This document shows positions 19,576-30,669 of a DNA stretch of 58,485 bases, one piece after another. The translations under genes were made by a program, and so were the position numbers. Location of the stretch: the NCBI GenBank assembly GCA_039795615.1, contig JBDKLO010000149.1:1-58485 (forward strand). Direction: 5' to 3'. This DNA is from Pseudomonadota bacterium (lineage in GTDB: Bacteria; Pseudomonadota; Gammaproteobacteria; Methylococcales; Methylococcaceae). The notes below the pieces were generated by a model, which made no database searches, had not been told where the DNA came from, and saw only the letters and a program-made list of their open reading frames with translations. Positions within the stretch are counted from its first letter, which is position 1; each line of letters begins with the position of its first letter.

Positions 19576-21813
19576 TTGAACGCCATCCTGCACGAACAGC
19601 TACCCCTCAGCGAATTTACTGAAAAGGCCTACTTGGACTATTCCATGTATGTCATTCTTGATCGCGCCTTGCCCCACATTGCCGATGGTTTGAAACCTGT
19701 GCAACGGCGCATCGTTTTTGCCATGTCAGAGCTCGGGCTCGGCCCCACCTCCAAATACAAGAAATCGGCTCGAACGGTCGGTGATGTTTTGGGGATGTAT
19801 CACCCCCATGGTGACCAGGCCTGTTATGAAGCCATGGTCCTGATGGCTCAGCCATTCTCATATCGCTATCCGCTCATCGATGGCCAAGGGAACTGGGGCT
19901 CACCGGATGATCCGAAGTCTTTTGCCGCGATGCGGTATACGGAATCACGATTGACGCCTTATGCCCAGTCGTTGCTTCAAGAGCTCGGCCAGGGCACCGT
20001 GGAGTGGGTGGCAAACTACGATGGCACCAAGGATGAGCCCCGCCTGCTTCCGGCGCGGCTGCCCAACGTCCTTCTGAACGGTTCTACGGGTATTGCGGTG
20101 GGTATGTCCACCGACATTCCGCCGCATAACCTCCGGGAGGTGGTAGCGGCCTGCATCCAGTTGCTAGAGGATCCGGAGACCCCGCTGGAAGAACTGATCG
20201 AGTTCATCCGGGGCCCGGATTACACGACGGAAGCTGAAATCATCACGCCGCGTGATGAAATCCTCAAGATGTACCGAACCGGGAATGGATCGATTCGACT
20301 TCGCGCTCGTTGGGAGGTCGAGGAGGGCAATGTCATCATCACCGCGTTACCGCATCAGGTTTCCGGGGATACCATCCTCCAGACCATTGCACAGCAGATG
20401 CAGGCCAAGAAACTCCCTTTGGTTGAGGATCTGCGTGATGAGTCGGATCATGAAAATCCTTGCCGACTTGTCATCATGCCCAAGGGGCGCCGTTGCGATG
20501 CGGATCAGTTGATGTCGCATCTTTTCGCAACCACAGATCTTGAAAAAAGCTATCGTGTGAATCTCAATACGATTGGCCTTTCTGGAAAGCCACAGGTCAA
20601 GGGCTTGAGAGACATTCTGGAAGAGTGGCTCGTCTATCGGCGAGAGACCGTCCGGCGCCGACTCCAGTATCGGCTGGAAAAGGTTCTCGCCCGACTTCAC
20701 GTCCTCGATGGTCTGCTGATCGCCTTCCTCAATATCGATGAAGTGATTGCCATCATCCGCTATGAGGATGAGCCCAAGGCTGAACTGATGGCACGTTTCA
20801 GCCTCTCTGATATTCAGGCTGAGGCGATTCTTGAACTGAAGTTGCGGCATTTGGCCAAGCTTGAGGAAATCAAGATTCGGGGGGAGCAGGCCGAACTCGA
20901 CGCGGAACGGAAATCACTGGAAGACACCCTGGCCTCACCGCGGAAACTCAGTGCCCTGATTCGCAAGGAGCTGGAGGAAGATGCCGAGCGGTTTGGGGAT
21001 ACGCGAAAGTCACCGATCGTCTCTCGTCAGGCAGCGCAGGCCCTTGATGTCACTGCCGTCATAGGGAGTGAGCCAGTCACGATCATCCTCTCGGAGAAAG
21101 GCTGGGTCAGAGCGGCGAAGGGCCACGAAATTGACCCTGAAACGCTGGCCTATCGCTCGGGTGACTCCTTCCTTGCGGCCGTTCCGGGGCGGAGTAACCA
21201 ATCAGCCTATTTCATCGATTCCACCGGTCGAAGCTATTCGGTTCCAGCGCATGAATTACCCTCGGCGCGTTCCCAAGGTGAGCCTTTGACCGGTCGACTC
21301 AATCCGCCTGCTGGTGCCATGTTCGTTCAAGTCACTGCAGGTGCTGATGAGGAACATGTGGTGCTTGCAAGTTCCCATGGGTATGGATTTATTACCCAGT
21401 TCAAGGAGCTCTACAGCAAGAATCGGAGCGGAAAGGCGTTGCTGACCCTTCCAGAAGGGGCCGAAGTGCTCTTGCCTGCTCGCGTCAGTGATCTGGCCTC
21501 GGATCGCATTGCAGTGGTAACGCTGGAAGGACGTCTTCTCGTCTTTCCTTCTGCTGATTTGCCTGTTTTGAACAAGGGTAAGGGGAACAAGCTGGTTCAG
21601 ATTGCCTCCGATGCCTTAGGGAGTGGAACCGATCGCGTCATTCAGGTCATCAGTCTGCCCACAGGACGTGGTCTGAAAATCTTTGCCGGAAAGCGTCACC
21701 TGAGCCTGGCGCCAGCTGATTTAACGCTTTATGAAGGTGCCAGAGCGCGTCGGGGGAATCCATTGCCCAGGGGCTTCCAGCGTGTCGAGCGGATTGAGAT
21801 CAGCGAACCGTGA
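19576..21813 (+). CDS. parC: DNA topoisomerase IV subunit A
   Basis: [33 protein letters not shown] and AAMRYTE (catalytic Tyr). Length 745 aa. TTG start. Confidence 0.95.
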   Translation: MNAILHEQLPLSEFTEKAYLDYSMYVILDRALPHIADGLKPVQRRIVFAMSELGLGPTSKYKKSARTVGDVLGMYHPHGDQACYEAMVLMAQPFSYRYPLIDGQGNWGSPDDPKSFAAMRYTESRLTPYAQSLLQELGQGTVEWVANYDGTKDEPRLLPARLPNVLLNGSTGIAVGMSTDIPPHNLREVVAACIQLLEDPETPLEELIEFIRGPDYTTEAEIITPRDEILKMYRTGNGSIRLRARWEVEEGNVIITALPHQVSGDTILQTIAQQMQAKKLPLVEDLRDESDHENPCRLVIMPKGRRCDADQLMSHLFATTDLEKSYRVNLNTIGLSGKPQVKGLRDILEEWLVYRRETVRRRLQYRLEKVLARLHVLDGLLIAFLNIDEVIAIIRYEDEPKAELMARFSLSDIQAEAILELKLRHLAKLEEIKIRGEQAELDAERKSLEDTLASPRKLSALIRKELEEDAERFGDTRKSPIVSRQAAQALDVTAVIGSEPVTIILSEKGWVRAAKGHEIDPETLAYRSGDSFLAAVPGRSNQSAYFIDSTGRSYSVPAHELPSARSQGEPLTGRLNPPAGAMFVQVTAGADEEHVVLASSHGYGFITQFKELYSKNRSGKALLTLPEGAEVLLPARVSDLASDRIAVVTLEGRLLVFPSADLPVLNKGKGNKLVQIASDALGSGTDRVIQVISLPTGRGLKIFAGKRHLSLAPADLTLYEGARARRGNPLPRGFQRVERIEISEP

Positions 21814-22043
21814 GCGTTGAATCTCTCGAGGTCGATGCCCGCGGGCTGATGTGTCCTTTGCCTCTCCTGCGGCTGAAAAAAGCGCTGGTGAGCGTTGGTG
21901 TTGGGGAAAGCGTTCGGATACGGGTGACCGATCCCGCGGCCAGGCTGGATTTTGGCGTCTTTGTGGAGCAGGCCGGCCATACCCAGGTGGCCTGCGAGGA
22001 GGAAGGAGAGGTCCTGATTTTCCTGATTCAAAAGGGGCGATAG
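21810..22043 (+). CDS. TusA/SirA-family sulfur-carrier protein
   Basis: The 77-aa protein has [18 protein letters not shown], which carries the conserved CPxP cysteine motif. Its GTG start overlaps the parC stop (GTGA). Confidence 0.8.
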   Translation: MSVESLEVDARGLMCPLPLLRLKKALVSVGVGESVRIRVTDPAARLDFGVFVEQAGHTQVACEEEGEVLIFLIQKGR

Positions 22044-22059
22044 GACCTCTCGACAGCTG

Positions 22060-22779
22060 CTATTTCTGGTTTTTCAGAATGTCGGTTGCGGTAACGATAC
22101 CCAGAAACTTACCTTCGCTATCAAGAACCGGCAGGCTTTGGTGATTGCCTCTGATGAAAATCTCTGCGGCGTCCTGAAGCGTGGCTTCGGGCGTGAGAGC
22201 GTCGCATCGGGTTGCCATGATGGCGCCCACAGTCCCAGGGGCGGGGCGTTGGGGTGAAGGGGGGTTGCCCGTTCGGCGGCTCAGTTCAGCCGCATGGCTT
22301 GCGCCTCGATCTGACGACGACGTCGAAGCAGGAGCTTCCGGAGGCGCTGCGCGTCGCCCCATCACATCTTCACGCGTGCTCTCGGCAATTGCGAGCACAT
22401 TCTCAACCAAGGCAGATTCAACCCCAAGCTCAACCAAGGTAGCCTCGAGGTGCTCCATGACGATGTCAAAGTGGCGATCGGTCATGCCCATCTTGATCAG
22501 CTTGGCATGACTTCGGTGCATATCTCGACCGGTATAGGCATGCGGTCCACCAAAGGCCATGGTCAGAAAGGCTTTCTGTTTTTCAGCCTGTTCGGTGATG
22601 TTGACCCCGAAGAAGAAGTAATTGATACGGGCATCGCGCATCACCTTCCGATAGAAGACATCGACTGCCGTGCTGACCGATTCAGCGCCTCCCAACTTTT
22701 CGTACAGCGTTGTGTTGTGCGTTTGCTGGGTGGGATCCGCCTTCTTGCGGGAAAAAACGTTCTGAAGGGTCTCGCTCAT
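22060..22779 (-). CDS. Group-I truncated haemoglobin (trHbN) fused to one C-terminal CBS domain
   Basis: N-terminal half: LYEKLGG, VDVFYRKV (B9-B10 Phe-Tyr) and MHRSHAKL (proximal His region). Then a Pro/Ser-rich linker. C-terminal part: IMATRCDALTPEATLQDAAEIF...LPVLDSEGKFLGIVTATDIL, a CBS motif. Confidence 0.8.
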   Translation of the reverse strand: MSETLQNVFSRKKADPTQQTHNTTLYEKLGGAESVSTAVDVFYRKVMRDARINYFFFGVNITEQAEKQKAFLTMAFGGPHAYTGRDMHRSHAKLIKMGMTDRHFDIVMEHLEATLVELGVESALVENVLAIAESTREDVMGRRAAPPEAPASTSSSDRGASHAAELSRRTGNPPSPQRPAPGTVGAIMATRCDALTPEATLQDAAEIFIRGNHQSLPVLDSEGKFLGIVTATDILKNQK

Positions 22780-22879
22780 AACTGCTCCGGTTGGCCGCTG
22801 CTGGATGAGGGGATGATGAAAGGATTAGCAATCGGTCGGTCCCACTATCGTATCACCGAAAGATTCCCCAACGTTCGAG

Positions 22880-23581
22880 TTACCCGTGCGTGTGGATTCG
22901 AGTGAGATGCGTTTCAAGGTCAGTGCCATCCCGTAGGGTGATGATGGGCCATTCCGCCCCGATGGCATGGTTTTGGAGGGTCTCATCGGGATCTACGGCG
23001 ACGGCTCTATCCACCATCTTTAACAAGGGAAGATCATTGTGCGAATCGCTGTAGAACCAGCTGCCCTCAAGCGATGAGCCCGTTTCCTCGAGCCAGCTAT
23101 TGAGTCGAACGACTTTCCCCCCTTGAAAACAGGCCGTTCCCAGATAGTTGCCGGTGTAACGATCATTTGCCATTTCAGGAAGGGTGGCGATGAGATGATC
23201 GATGCCGTAAAGAGCTGCAATAGGCGCCGTAACAAAGGCATTGGTTGCCGTGATGATCATCAAGGTATGGCCCAGCGCCTTGTGAGCGGCAATCACTTCA
23301 CGCGCAGCAGGCAAAAGAATGGGCTGAATCAGCGACTCGATAAATTCGGAACGCCATTGCTCCAGTTGGGCTTTAGGGTGTTCTGAAAGGGGTTTTAGGG
23401 CGAACCGAAGAAAGGCATCGATATCGAGGGTGCCCGCCTTATAGTCTTCATAGAATCGAGCATTAGCTGCTTCGTAATGCCCCTGATCGACAATTCCACG
23501 GTCGACGAGGTATTGGCCCCAGAGGTAGTCACTGTCACCCGCGAGGAGGGTGTTGTCGAGGTCAAAGATTGCCAGAGCCAC
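22880..23581 (-). CDS. HAD-IB family hydrolase (SerB-like phosphatase)
   Basis: AIFDLDNTLL motif I, IITATN, YSDSHNDLPLL motif III/IV. Divergent from rppH, as in many proteobacteria. GTG start. Confidence 0.85.
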   Translation of the reverse strand: MALAIFDLDNTLLAGDSDYLWGQYLVDRGIVDQGHYEAANARFYEDYKAGTLDIDAFLRFALKPLSEHPKAQLEQWRSEFIESLIQPILLPAAREVIAAHKALGHTLMIITATNAFVTAPIAALYGIDHLIATLPEMANDRYTGNYLGTACFQGGKVVRLNSWLEETGSSLEGSWFYSDSHNDLPLLKMVDRAVAVDPDETLQNHAIGAEWPIITLRDGTDLETHLTRIHTHG

Positions 23582-23722
23582 GATATTCCTTTAAATTCGG
23601 GATGTTGGACGAGAGTGTCGAGTTGAAGCGGTTCATCCGCTCTTAGCTGTCTCCCTTGCGGAGAAGCGGCTCGCTTGGTTCGGCGCGAATTATACACTCG
23701 GTGACCCTGGACTCTTGCACGC

Positions 23723-24253
23723 ATGATAGACCGCGACGGATATCGACCCAATGTCGGAATCATCCTTCTGAATAAGGATCGCCGAGTCTTTTGGGCTCGT
23801 CGTGTCGGCATGCGTTCATGGCAATTTCCGCAAGGGGGTATCAAGCGGAATGAAGCGCCTGAAGAGGCCATGTACCGTGAACTCTATGAGGAAGTCGGCC
23901 TTCGGAATCGGGATGTGCAACTGATTGCCCGAACGAATGGCTGGCTTCATTACGATCTTCCCGAGCGTTATATCCGAAAACGCTCACAGCCCCTCTGTAT
24001 TGGCCAGAAACAGGTCTGGTTCATGCTGGAACTCGTCTCTTCTGAATCCAGAATCAAGCTGGATTGTTCGGGTAAGCCGGAGTTTGACTCGTGGACTTGG
24101 GTGGACTACTGGCATCCGATTGAGGACGTTGTTTATTTTAAGCGGGATGTCTATCAGCGCGCGCTCACTGAACTGAGTGGCCATGCGGGCGCGGACAGGG
24201 CGTTGACTCCCGATCTGTCCGGTCTTGCCATGATGGGCGCTGCCAAAATCTAA
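23723..24253 (+). CDS. rppH: RNA pyrophosphohydrolase
   Basis: [17 protein letters not shown]...[28 protein letters not shown] contains the Nudix box and is collinear with E. coli RppH. Confidence 0.95.
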   Translation: MIDRDGYRPNVGIILLNKDRRVFWARRVGMRSWQFPQGGIKRNEAPEEAMYRELYEEVGLRNRDVQLIARTNGWLHYDLPERYIRKRSQPLCIGQKQVWFMLELVSSESRIKLDCSGKPEFDSWTWVDYWHPIEDVVYFKRDVYQRALTELSGHAGADRALTPDLSGLAMMGAAKI

Positions 24254-25032
24254 TCGACTGGCCCCAGACGCACTACCTGCGTAGAAAGTTGGCCATCCTC
24301 ATGCAGCTCAATCCATCGATATCCGGCATAAGCGTCATCGATGGCGAAGTGCATGCTTCCGGGTGCAAATTGGAAACAAGTGGAAGGCGTTCCCAGGAAT
24401 CGGATATTTTCTCGCTCCTGGTCGATTTCCTGATGCACATGTCCAAAGAGGATCGCCTTGATGTTGCTGTGGGCGGCAGTGATCTCCAGAAAGGCTTCAC
24501 TGTCCTCAATCATCATGGTGTCCATCCAGGCGCTTCCGGACGGGATCGGGTGGTGATGCAGTGCAAGGATGATCCAGCACGCCTTGAGTGATTCCAGGGT
24601 TTCTGAGAGCCACTGCCGCTCATGGGGTCCGAGGTTTCCTACCGGGCTTTTGTCCTGTGTGCTATCGAGAAGCAGAATTCTCCAGTTTCCCAATCCAATG
24701 ATCTTCTCGCGCTGAAATCCTGCACGGGTTAGCGAATCGTGCATGATCTTGGGAAGATCATGATTTCCAGGTAGAAAGTGAATCGGAACACTTTGGCTTT
24801 GAAAGGCTTGAGCCATGCGATCGTAGGTCGAAGGGGTGGGATCCTCCGCAAGATCACCGGTCAGCAAAAAGCGATCAGGGTGGGGGGGGTGAGAGGCAAT
24901 GTGTGCCAGCACAAGATCAAGACTTTTCGCGGTGTTGATACCGCGAACCAAAGCCTCATCCGTACGGCCAAGATGGAAATCGGTTAACTGAACAATCCGA
25001 TGGGGTTGGGGCTTTGCCACAGCAGGCGCCAT
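24250..25032 (-). CDS. cpdA: 3',5'-cyclic-nucleotide phosphodiesterase (metallophosphoesterase)
   Basis: [35 protein letters not shown] metallophosphoesterase motifs. Confidence 0.85.
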   Translation of the reverse strand: MAPAVAKPQPHRIVQLTDFHLGRTDEALVRGINTAKSLDLVLAHIASHPPHPDRFLLTGDLAEDPTPSTYDRMAQAFQSQSVPIHFLPGNHDLPKIMHDSLTRAGFQREKIIGLGNWRILLLDSTQDKSPVGNLGPHERQWLSETLESLKACWIILALHHHPIPSGSAWMDTMMIEDSEAFLEITAAHSNIKAILFGHVHQEIDQERENIRFLGTPSTCFQFAPGSMHFAIDDAYAGYRWIELHEDGQLSTQVVRLGPVD

Positions 25033-25059
25033 TGAAGAGGCCTGTGGTTGGGTCGAGGT

Positions 25060-25575
25060 TTAGTAGGTGAGAACGTGGTGAAGAGCCCTGGGAGCAAGAC
25101 GTTCCCGCCCACCCAGACCATTCAGTTCAATCAGAAAGGCACAGGAAACGACGTCCGCACCCAGTGCCTCGATCAATTCGCAGGCGGCAAGTGCGGTTCC
25201 ACCCGTGGCCAGAAGGTCATCAACGATCAGGACCTTATCGCCTCTCGTGACCGCATCACGATGGACTTCGAGGCTGGCGGAGCCATATTCGAGATCGTAA
25301 TCGACTTTCTTGACGTCATAAGGCAATTTACCCGGCTTTCTGAGCGGGACAAAACCGACATTCAGGGCCTTGGCCACCAGTGCGCCAAAAATAAACCCCC
25401 GAGCCTCCATGCCGGCTACGGCAGACACACCCGCTCCGTGAAAGGGTGCGGTCAGCGCATCAATCGCAACGGCCATGGCTTCAGGGTCACCTAAGACTGG
25501 CGTGATGTCCCTGAACAGAATGCCGGGTTTGGGGAAATCAGGAATGGCGCGAATGCGGGATTCGATGCGATGCAT
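25060..25575 (-). CDS. apt: Adenine phosphoribosyltransferase
   Basis: IPDFPKPGILFRDITPVL and the PRPP loop VLIVDDLLATGGT. Start moved to ATG 25575, 4 nt after the dxs stop. Confidence 0.9.
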   Translation of the reverse strand: MHRIESRIRAIPDFPKPGILFRDITPVLGDPEAMAVAIDALTAPFHGAGVSAVAGMEARGFIFGALVAKALNVGFVPLRKPGKLPYDVKKVDYDLEYGSASLEVHRDAVTRGDKVLIVDDLLATGGTALAACELIEALGADVVSCAFLIELNGLGGRERLAPRALHHVLTY

Positions 25576-25579
25576 GGGC

Positions 25580-27460
25580 TTAGGCTGTTCCGGCGACCTT
25601 TCCGGAGTAGGCTGCGATGCTCGCGAGGATTCCAGCCGTATCAAGGCCAGCATCGGTCAGCACTTCTTCACGGCTCCCCTGTTCAATGAAACGATCCGGG
25701 AGACCGATCGTCAGGATCGGCGTCTTCGAGCCATTCGCATTGAGGATTTCGTTGACTCCACTGCCGGCGCCACCCGCGACAGTGTTCTCTTCAACGGTGA
25801 CGATCAGATCATGGCTTGCTGCCATTTCGAGGATACAAGCCTCATCCAGTGGCTTGATAAAGCGCATATTGACGACTGTCGCGTCCAGGGTCTCGCCTGC
25901 TTCCAGTGAGGGAGTGACCATGGATCCAAAGGCCAGAATGGCGATGCCCTTCCCCTTGCGACGAACCTCAGCCTTGCCGATCGGGAGCAGCGACATGGTT
26001 TCCTCAACCGCTGTACCCGGTCCTTTTCCTCGCGGGTAACGCACCGCCGCAGGGCCGTTGTGCTGGAAGCCCGTGTAAAGCATTTGACGGCATTCGTTTT
26101 CATCGGCGGGCGCCATGAGGACAATACCCGGCAGGCAACGCAGATAAGTGATGTCGAAACTACCGGCATGCGTCGGACCATCCGGTCCGACCAGGCCCGC
26201 GCGATCAATAGCGAAAAGCACCGGCAGGTCCTGGAGGACTACGTCATGGACGAGCTGATCGTAGCCGCGCTGAAGGAAGGTGGAGTAGATCGCAACAACG
26301 GGCTTAAAGCCCTCGCATGCCTGACCTGCAGCCAGAGTGACCGCATGTTGTTCGGCAATACCCACATCAAAATAACGATCAGGGAAACGCTTTTCGAATT
26401 CAACCAGGCCTGAACCTTCGCGCATGGCGGGAGTGACCCCGAGAAGGCGTGGGTCCTTTTCGGCCATATCGCAAAGCCACTTTCCAAAGACCTCGGTATA
26501 GGTCGGCGTGCTCGGCTTGGCCTTGGGCAGGTGATCCTTGCTGGGATCGAAGCTGCCAACGCCATGATAGGCCACGGGATCCTTTTCAGCGGGGAGATAG
26601 CCCTTGCCCTTCTTGGTGACGATATGCAGGAATCTGGGACCGTTGGTATTGCGAAGGTTTCTGAGTGTGGTGACCAGAGTATCCAGGTCATGACCATCGA
26701 TCGGGCCGATGTAGTTGAAACCCAGTTCTTCAAAGAGTGTGCCAGGCGCGACCATTCCTTTGACATGCTCCTCGGCGCGGCGAGCCAGCTCCCAAACGGT
26801 CGGCATGCGATTCTTCAGGAGATGCTTGCTGCCTTCGCGGATCGTCGAATAGAAGGGGCCTGAAAGAAGCTTGGCCAGATAGTTGTTCATGGCCCCAACA
26901 TTCGGCGAAATGGACATTTCGTTGTCGTTGAGGATCACCAGCAGATTGGCGTCAAGCGCTCCTGCGTGATTCAAGGCTTCGAAGGCCATACCGCCCGTCA
27001 GCCCACCATCACCGATGATGGCTACGGCATGCGCATCACGTCCTTGAAGGCCTGCAGCGATGGCCATGCCCAGAGCCGCACTGATCGACGTACTGGAATG
27101 GCCGACGCCAAAGGTGTCATAAGGGCTTTCCGTGCGACAAGGGAAGGCAGAGAGGCCATCTTGCTTGCGAATCGTTGGCATGCGTTCGCGACGCCCGGTC
27201 AGGATCTTGTGCGGGTAGGCCTGATGGCCCACGTCCCAGACCAGTTTGTCATCCGGCGTATTAAAGACGTAGTGAAGGGCGATGGTCAGTTCGACCGTGC
27301 CCAGGCCCGCAGCCAGATGGCCGCCAGACTGACTGACGCTATGCAACAGATATTCCCGCAGTTCACTCGCCAGAGCGGGGAGCTGTTCAGCCGGAAGGGC
27401 GCGAAGGTCAGCTGGATCGCCAATGGCGTTCAGGAGAGGGGTCTGGGTGGTTAGCGTCAT
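25580..27460 (-). CDS. dxs: 1-deoxy-D-xylulose-5-phosphate synthase
   Basis: [46 protein letters not shown] and the TPP motif [17 protein letters not shown]. Start at ATG 27460 ([10 protein letters not shown]). Confidence 0.95.
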   Translation of the reverse strand: MTLTTQTPLLNAIGDPADLRALPAEQLPALASELREYLLHSVSQSGGHLAAGLGTVELTIALHYVFNTPDDKLVWDVGHQAYPHKILTGRRERMPTIRKQDGLSAFPCRTESPYDTFGVGHSSTSISAALGMAIAAGLQGRDAHAVAIIGDGGLTGGMAFEALNHAGALDANLLVILNDNEMSISPNVGAMNNYLAKLLSGPFYSTIREGSKHLLKNRMPTVWELARRAEEHVKGMVAPGTLFEELGFNYIGPIDGHDLDTLVTTLRNLRNTNGPRFLHIVTKKGKGYLPAEKDPVAYHGVGSFDPSKDHLPKAKPSTPTYTEVFGKWLCDMAEKDPRLLGVTPAMREGSGLVEFEKRFPDRYFDVGIAEQHAVTLAAGQACEGFKPVVAIYSTFLQRGYDQLVHDVVLQDLPVLFAIDRAGLVGPDGPTHAGSFDITYLRCLPGIVLMAPADENECRQMLYTGFQHNGPAAVRYPRGKGPGTAVEETMSLLPIGKAEVRRKGKGIAILAFGSMVTPSLEAGETLDATVVNMRFIKPLDEACILEMAASHDLIVTVEENTVAGGAGSGVNEILNANGSKTPILTIGLPDRFIEQGSREEVLTDAGLDTAGILASIAAYSGKVAGTA

Positions 27461-27579
27461 GAAAAATAAAATCCTGCCGGGTTGGGCCTCATGGCCCATA
27501 AGTGCTTCAAGGGTCTGTTCATCATACTGAAACGTAGGGTCAGTGGATGATGATGACGTGTTCTATTGCCTGAGATCCG

Positions 27580-28482
27580 TTAGTTCTTTCTTTCGATAAT
27601 GAATCGAGAAAGGTCTCTGAGCAAGTCAGCTTCTGGACCAAATCCACTGAGGCTTTCCAGAGCCGCTTCGTGCATTTCCCGGGCCTTGTCCTTGGCACCG
27701 GCCAGTCCCAAAAGTGCGGGATAGTTGGGTTTATTGTTATCCCGATCCTTACCTTGGGTTTTACCCAGGGTCTGGGTGTCGCTTTCCTCATCAAGGATAT
27801 CGTCCTGGATCTGGAATGACAGCCCAATGCATTTTGCATAGTGATCCAAGCGTTCTTCAATCGCATGGTCGATGGGATCCATTGCCAATGCTGCCAGACG
27901 GACACTGGCGCGAATGAGTGCCCCGGTCTTGCGAATGTGCATGTTCTCCAGCGCTGGAAGGTCAAGTTTTTTGCCGACGGAGTGGAGATCAATCGCCTGT
28001 CCGCCGACCATGCCGTAAGAACCTGAGGCTTCTGCAAGACAGCGAATCATCGCGATGCGATTACCATCGGGTACTTTGATCGTCGGATCTTCAGAAAGGA
28101 TATGGAAAGCCAGGGCCTGGAGCCCGTCGCCGGCCAAAATAGCTGTCGCCTCGTCATAGGCAACGTGACAGGTTGGTTTTCCTCTTCGGAGGGAATCATC
28201 ATCCATGGCCGGAAGATCGTCATGAATCAACGAATAAACGTGAATCATTTCAAGTGCCGATGCCGGACCATCGAGGATATCGAGGGGCAAACCCAGTGCA
28301 ATTCCGGTGGCATAGGTCAGCAGCGGACGCAGGCGTTTGCCTCCACCCAACGCGGAATAACGCATCGCCTCATGCAGACGTTCAGGCATTCTTGAGGCAG
28401 CAGGAAGGCGGACATCCAGGGCCTTTTCGGCGCGATCCTGGCAAATATCCATGAAGTCTTTGAGTGCGTTATCGGCGGTCAT
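27580..28482 (-). CDS. ispA: Farnesyl diphosphate synthase
   Basis: The two Asp-rich motifs LIHDDLPAMDDD and FQIQDDILD. Located upstream of dxs. Confidence 0.9.
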   Translation of the reverse strand: MTADNALKDFMDICQDRAEKALDVRLPAASRMPERLHEAMRYSALGGGKRLRPLLTYATGIALGLPLDILDGPASALEMIHVYSLIHDDLPAMDDDSLRRGKPTCHVAYDEATAILAGDGLQALAFHILSEDPTIKVPDGNRIAMIRCLAEASGSYGMVGGQAIDLHSVGKKLDLPALENMHIRKTGALIRASVRLAALAMDPIDHAIEERLDHYAKCIGLSFQIQDDILDEESDTQTLGKTQGKDRDNNKPNYPALLGLAGAKDKAREMHEAALESLSGFGPEADLLRDLSRFIIERKN

Positions 28483-28664
28483 TGGGTCCTATTCGTTCAG
28501 GTGCAATCCAGCAGCTGTTTCAGGTGTCTTTCGGCTACAGGAAAAGACAGGCTATCTGGAAAGAGTGGACGGTCCAGTTCATAGGATGCGTCCTAATCGA
28601 TCATTATCTCAAAAATTCTATCTTGATAAAAATGGTCGGATTCATGGGGTTATTCAACAAACCG

Positions 28665-29525
28665 CTAAAAGCTTGTTCCCGTGGCAACGGCATGGGGCCC
28701 CGGTAGCCCCCATTCGGCCCATGAGCCATCATAAACCGGGGTGTCAGGATGCCCGATCTCCGCCAGAGCCAGGGCGATGATGGCCGCAGTGACACCACTG
28801 CCACAGGAGGTGACCAAAGAGGCTTCAGGTCGGACGTTGATGTCTTCAAAGATCTCCAGCAATCTGTCCCGGTTCAAAAGAGTGTGCTTTTCAGGGTCCA
28901 GAAGGCGCTGGAAGAAAAGATTTCGACTACCGGGTATGTGGCCTGAACGAAGACCCGGGCGCGGCTCTGGGTCTTGCCCCAGGAAACGTCCCATGGGCCG
29001 GGCATCCAGGATCGTGGCCGAGCCATCCGCACTAATCTTCTGCATTTGTGCAAAACTTTTCACCCTTTCCGGGTTAAAGCGGGCAGAAAAGGTGTCCTTG
29101 ATCACGGCTGGCATTTCATCGGTGAGGGGGAGCCCCTCCATTTTCCAGCGTTTCAATCCGCCGTTGAGGACCTGGATCTTGTCATGGCCAAAGGTCCTGA
29201 ACATCCACCAGACGCGGGCCGAAGCCATAAACTGATTGCTGTCATAGACGACGATCTGGCTGTTGTTTCCAATCCCTAGGTTTGACACGGCCTCCTCGAA
29301 GGCCTGCGGGGAGGGCAGCATGTGAGGAAGGTCGCTATTGCTCGCCGCGATGAGGTCAATGTCGAAAAAACGGGCACCCGGAAGATGGGCTTGATCGAAC
29401 TCGCTTTGTGGGCTGCGACTCTGGGCGGGAAGCGTAAAAGTCGCATCCAATAAAACCCAATCCTTCTGATTCAGATGGGTAACAAGCGCTTCGGGTTCGA
29501 TCAGGGGGCTGATATTCGACGCCAT
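28665..29525 (-). CDS. sseA: 3-mercaptopyruvate/thiosulfate sulfurtransferase (tandem rhodanese)
   Basis: Active-site loop CGSGVTAA and HLPGARFFDID in the N-terminal rhodanese domain. Start moved to ATG 29525, which has a GAGG Shine-Dalgarno. Confidence 0.8.
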   Translation of the reverse strand: MASNISPLIEPEALVTHLNQKDWVLLDATFTLPAQSRSPQSEFDQAHLPGARFFDIDLIAASNSDLPHMLPSPQAFEEAVSNLGIGNNSQIVVYDSNQFMASARVWWMFRTFGHDKIQVLNGGLKRWKMEGLPLTDEMPAVIKDTFSARFNPERVKSFAQMQKISADGSATILDARPMGRFLGQDPEPRPGLRSGHIPGSRNLFFQRLLDPEKHTLLNRDRLLEIFEDINVRPEASLVTSCGSGVTAAIIALALAEIGHPDTPVYDGSWAEWGLPGPHAVATGTSF

Positions 29526-29535
29526 TACGCTGGCC

Positions 29536-30669
29536 TCACTTTTCAATCAAGAGGTTTGAAATAATGGACTCATAGATTCTGGACAACGTCTCGATATCTT
29601 TGACGGGCGTATGTTCATTGATTTTGTGAATGGAACCATTCAGTGGCCCGAGTTCGACGACTTCAGCTCCGGTCGGGGCAATGAATCGACCGTCTGAAGT
29701 GCCGCCCCCGGTATCCGGTCGTGCGCGTTGGCCGACAATCTGCTCTAACGCAGACTGCGTGGCTTCAATTAATCTCGATCCTGTGGTCAGGAAAGGGGCG
29801 CCTGACAGGCGCCACTCGAGGGTATGGCAGACGTTGTGACGTTTCAGGATGCTGGAGACGCGGCCCTTCAGCTCTTCTTCCGTCACAGCCGTTGAAAAAC
29901 GGAAGTTGAAGAGCATTTCAAGGCGACCGGGGATGACATTCTCTGCGCCCGTGCCTGAGTGGATATTCGAGACCTGAAAGCTGGTGGGAGGGAAGAATTC
30001 ATTGCCCTGGTCCCAGATTTCTGCGGTCAGTTCGGCCAGTGCGGGCGCCAGGCGATGGATCGGGTTGTCCGCTTTATCCGGATACGCCACATGCCCCTGA
30101 ATACCTTCCACCTTAAGAACACCATTCAGCGAGCCCCGTCGTCCGACACGAATGACATCCCCGAGTTGATCAAAGCTTGAGGGCTCCCCGATCACGCACC
30201 AGTCAATTTTTTCGCCGCGTTGCTTGAAGGCTTCAACAACTTTGACCACACCATCATGGGCGGAGCCTTCCTCATCGCTGGTCATGAGCAGTGCGATGGA
30301 GCCCGAGTGGTGGGGGTGAGATTCTGCAAAACGGGCTAGCGCGGTCACCATGGCTGCGACACCGCTTTTCATGTCGGCCGCACCGCGCCCATACATCATT
30401 CCTTCGTGGATCGTGGCTTCAAAAGGGGGAAACTGCCAATCGTCCACAGGCCCGGTTGGAACCACATCGGTATGGCCGAGAAAGACCAGGAGAGGTCCCT
30501 CGGTCCCTCGACGCATGTAAAGGTTACGAGTGTTGCCGAAATCAAGATATTCGGTTTGAAAGCCGCAAGGCGACAGTTCAGCCTCAATCAACTCCATGCA
30601 ACCGGCATCATCCGGCGTGACGGATCGGCAGGCAATGAGGGCGGCAGTCAGCGCAACGGTGTCATGCAT
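29536..30669 (-). CDS. dapE: Succinyl-diaminopimelate desuccinylase
   Basis: LIACRSVTPDDAGC, FLGHTDVVPTG, GRGAADMKSG, TSDEEG M20 peptidase/DapE motifs. Length 377 aa. Confidence 0.95.
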   Translation of the reverse strand: MHDTVALTAALIACRSVTPDDAGCMELIEAELSPCGFQTEYLDFGNTRNLYMRRGTEGPLLVFLGHTDVVPTGPVDDWQFPPFEATIHEGMMYGRGAADMKSGVAAMVTALARFAESHPHHSGSIALLMTSDEEGSAHDGVVKVVEAFKQRGEKIDWCVIGEPSSFDQLGDVIRVGRRGSLNGVLKVEGIQGHVAYPDKADNPIHRLAPALAELTAEIWDQGNEFFPPTSFQVSNIHSGTGAENVIPGRLEMLFNFRFSTAVTEEELKGRVSSILKRHNVCHTLEWRLSGAPFLTTGSRLIEATQSALEQIVGQRARPDTGGGTSDGRFIAPTGAEVVELGPLNGSIHKINEHTPVKDIETLSRIYESIISNLLIEK

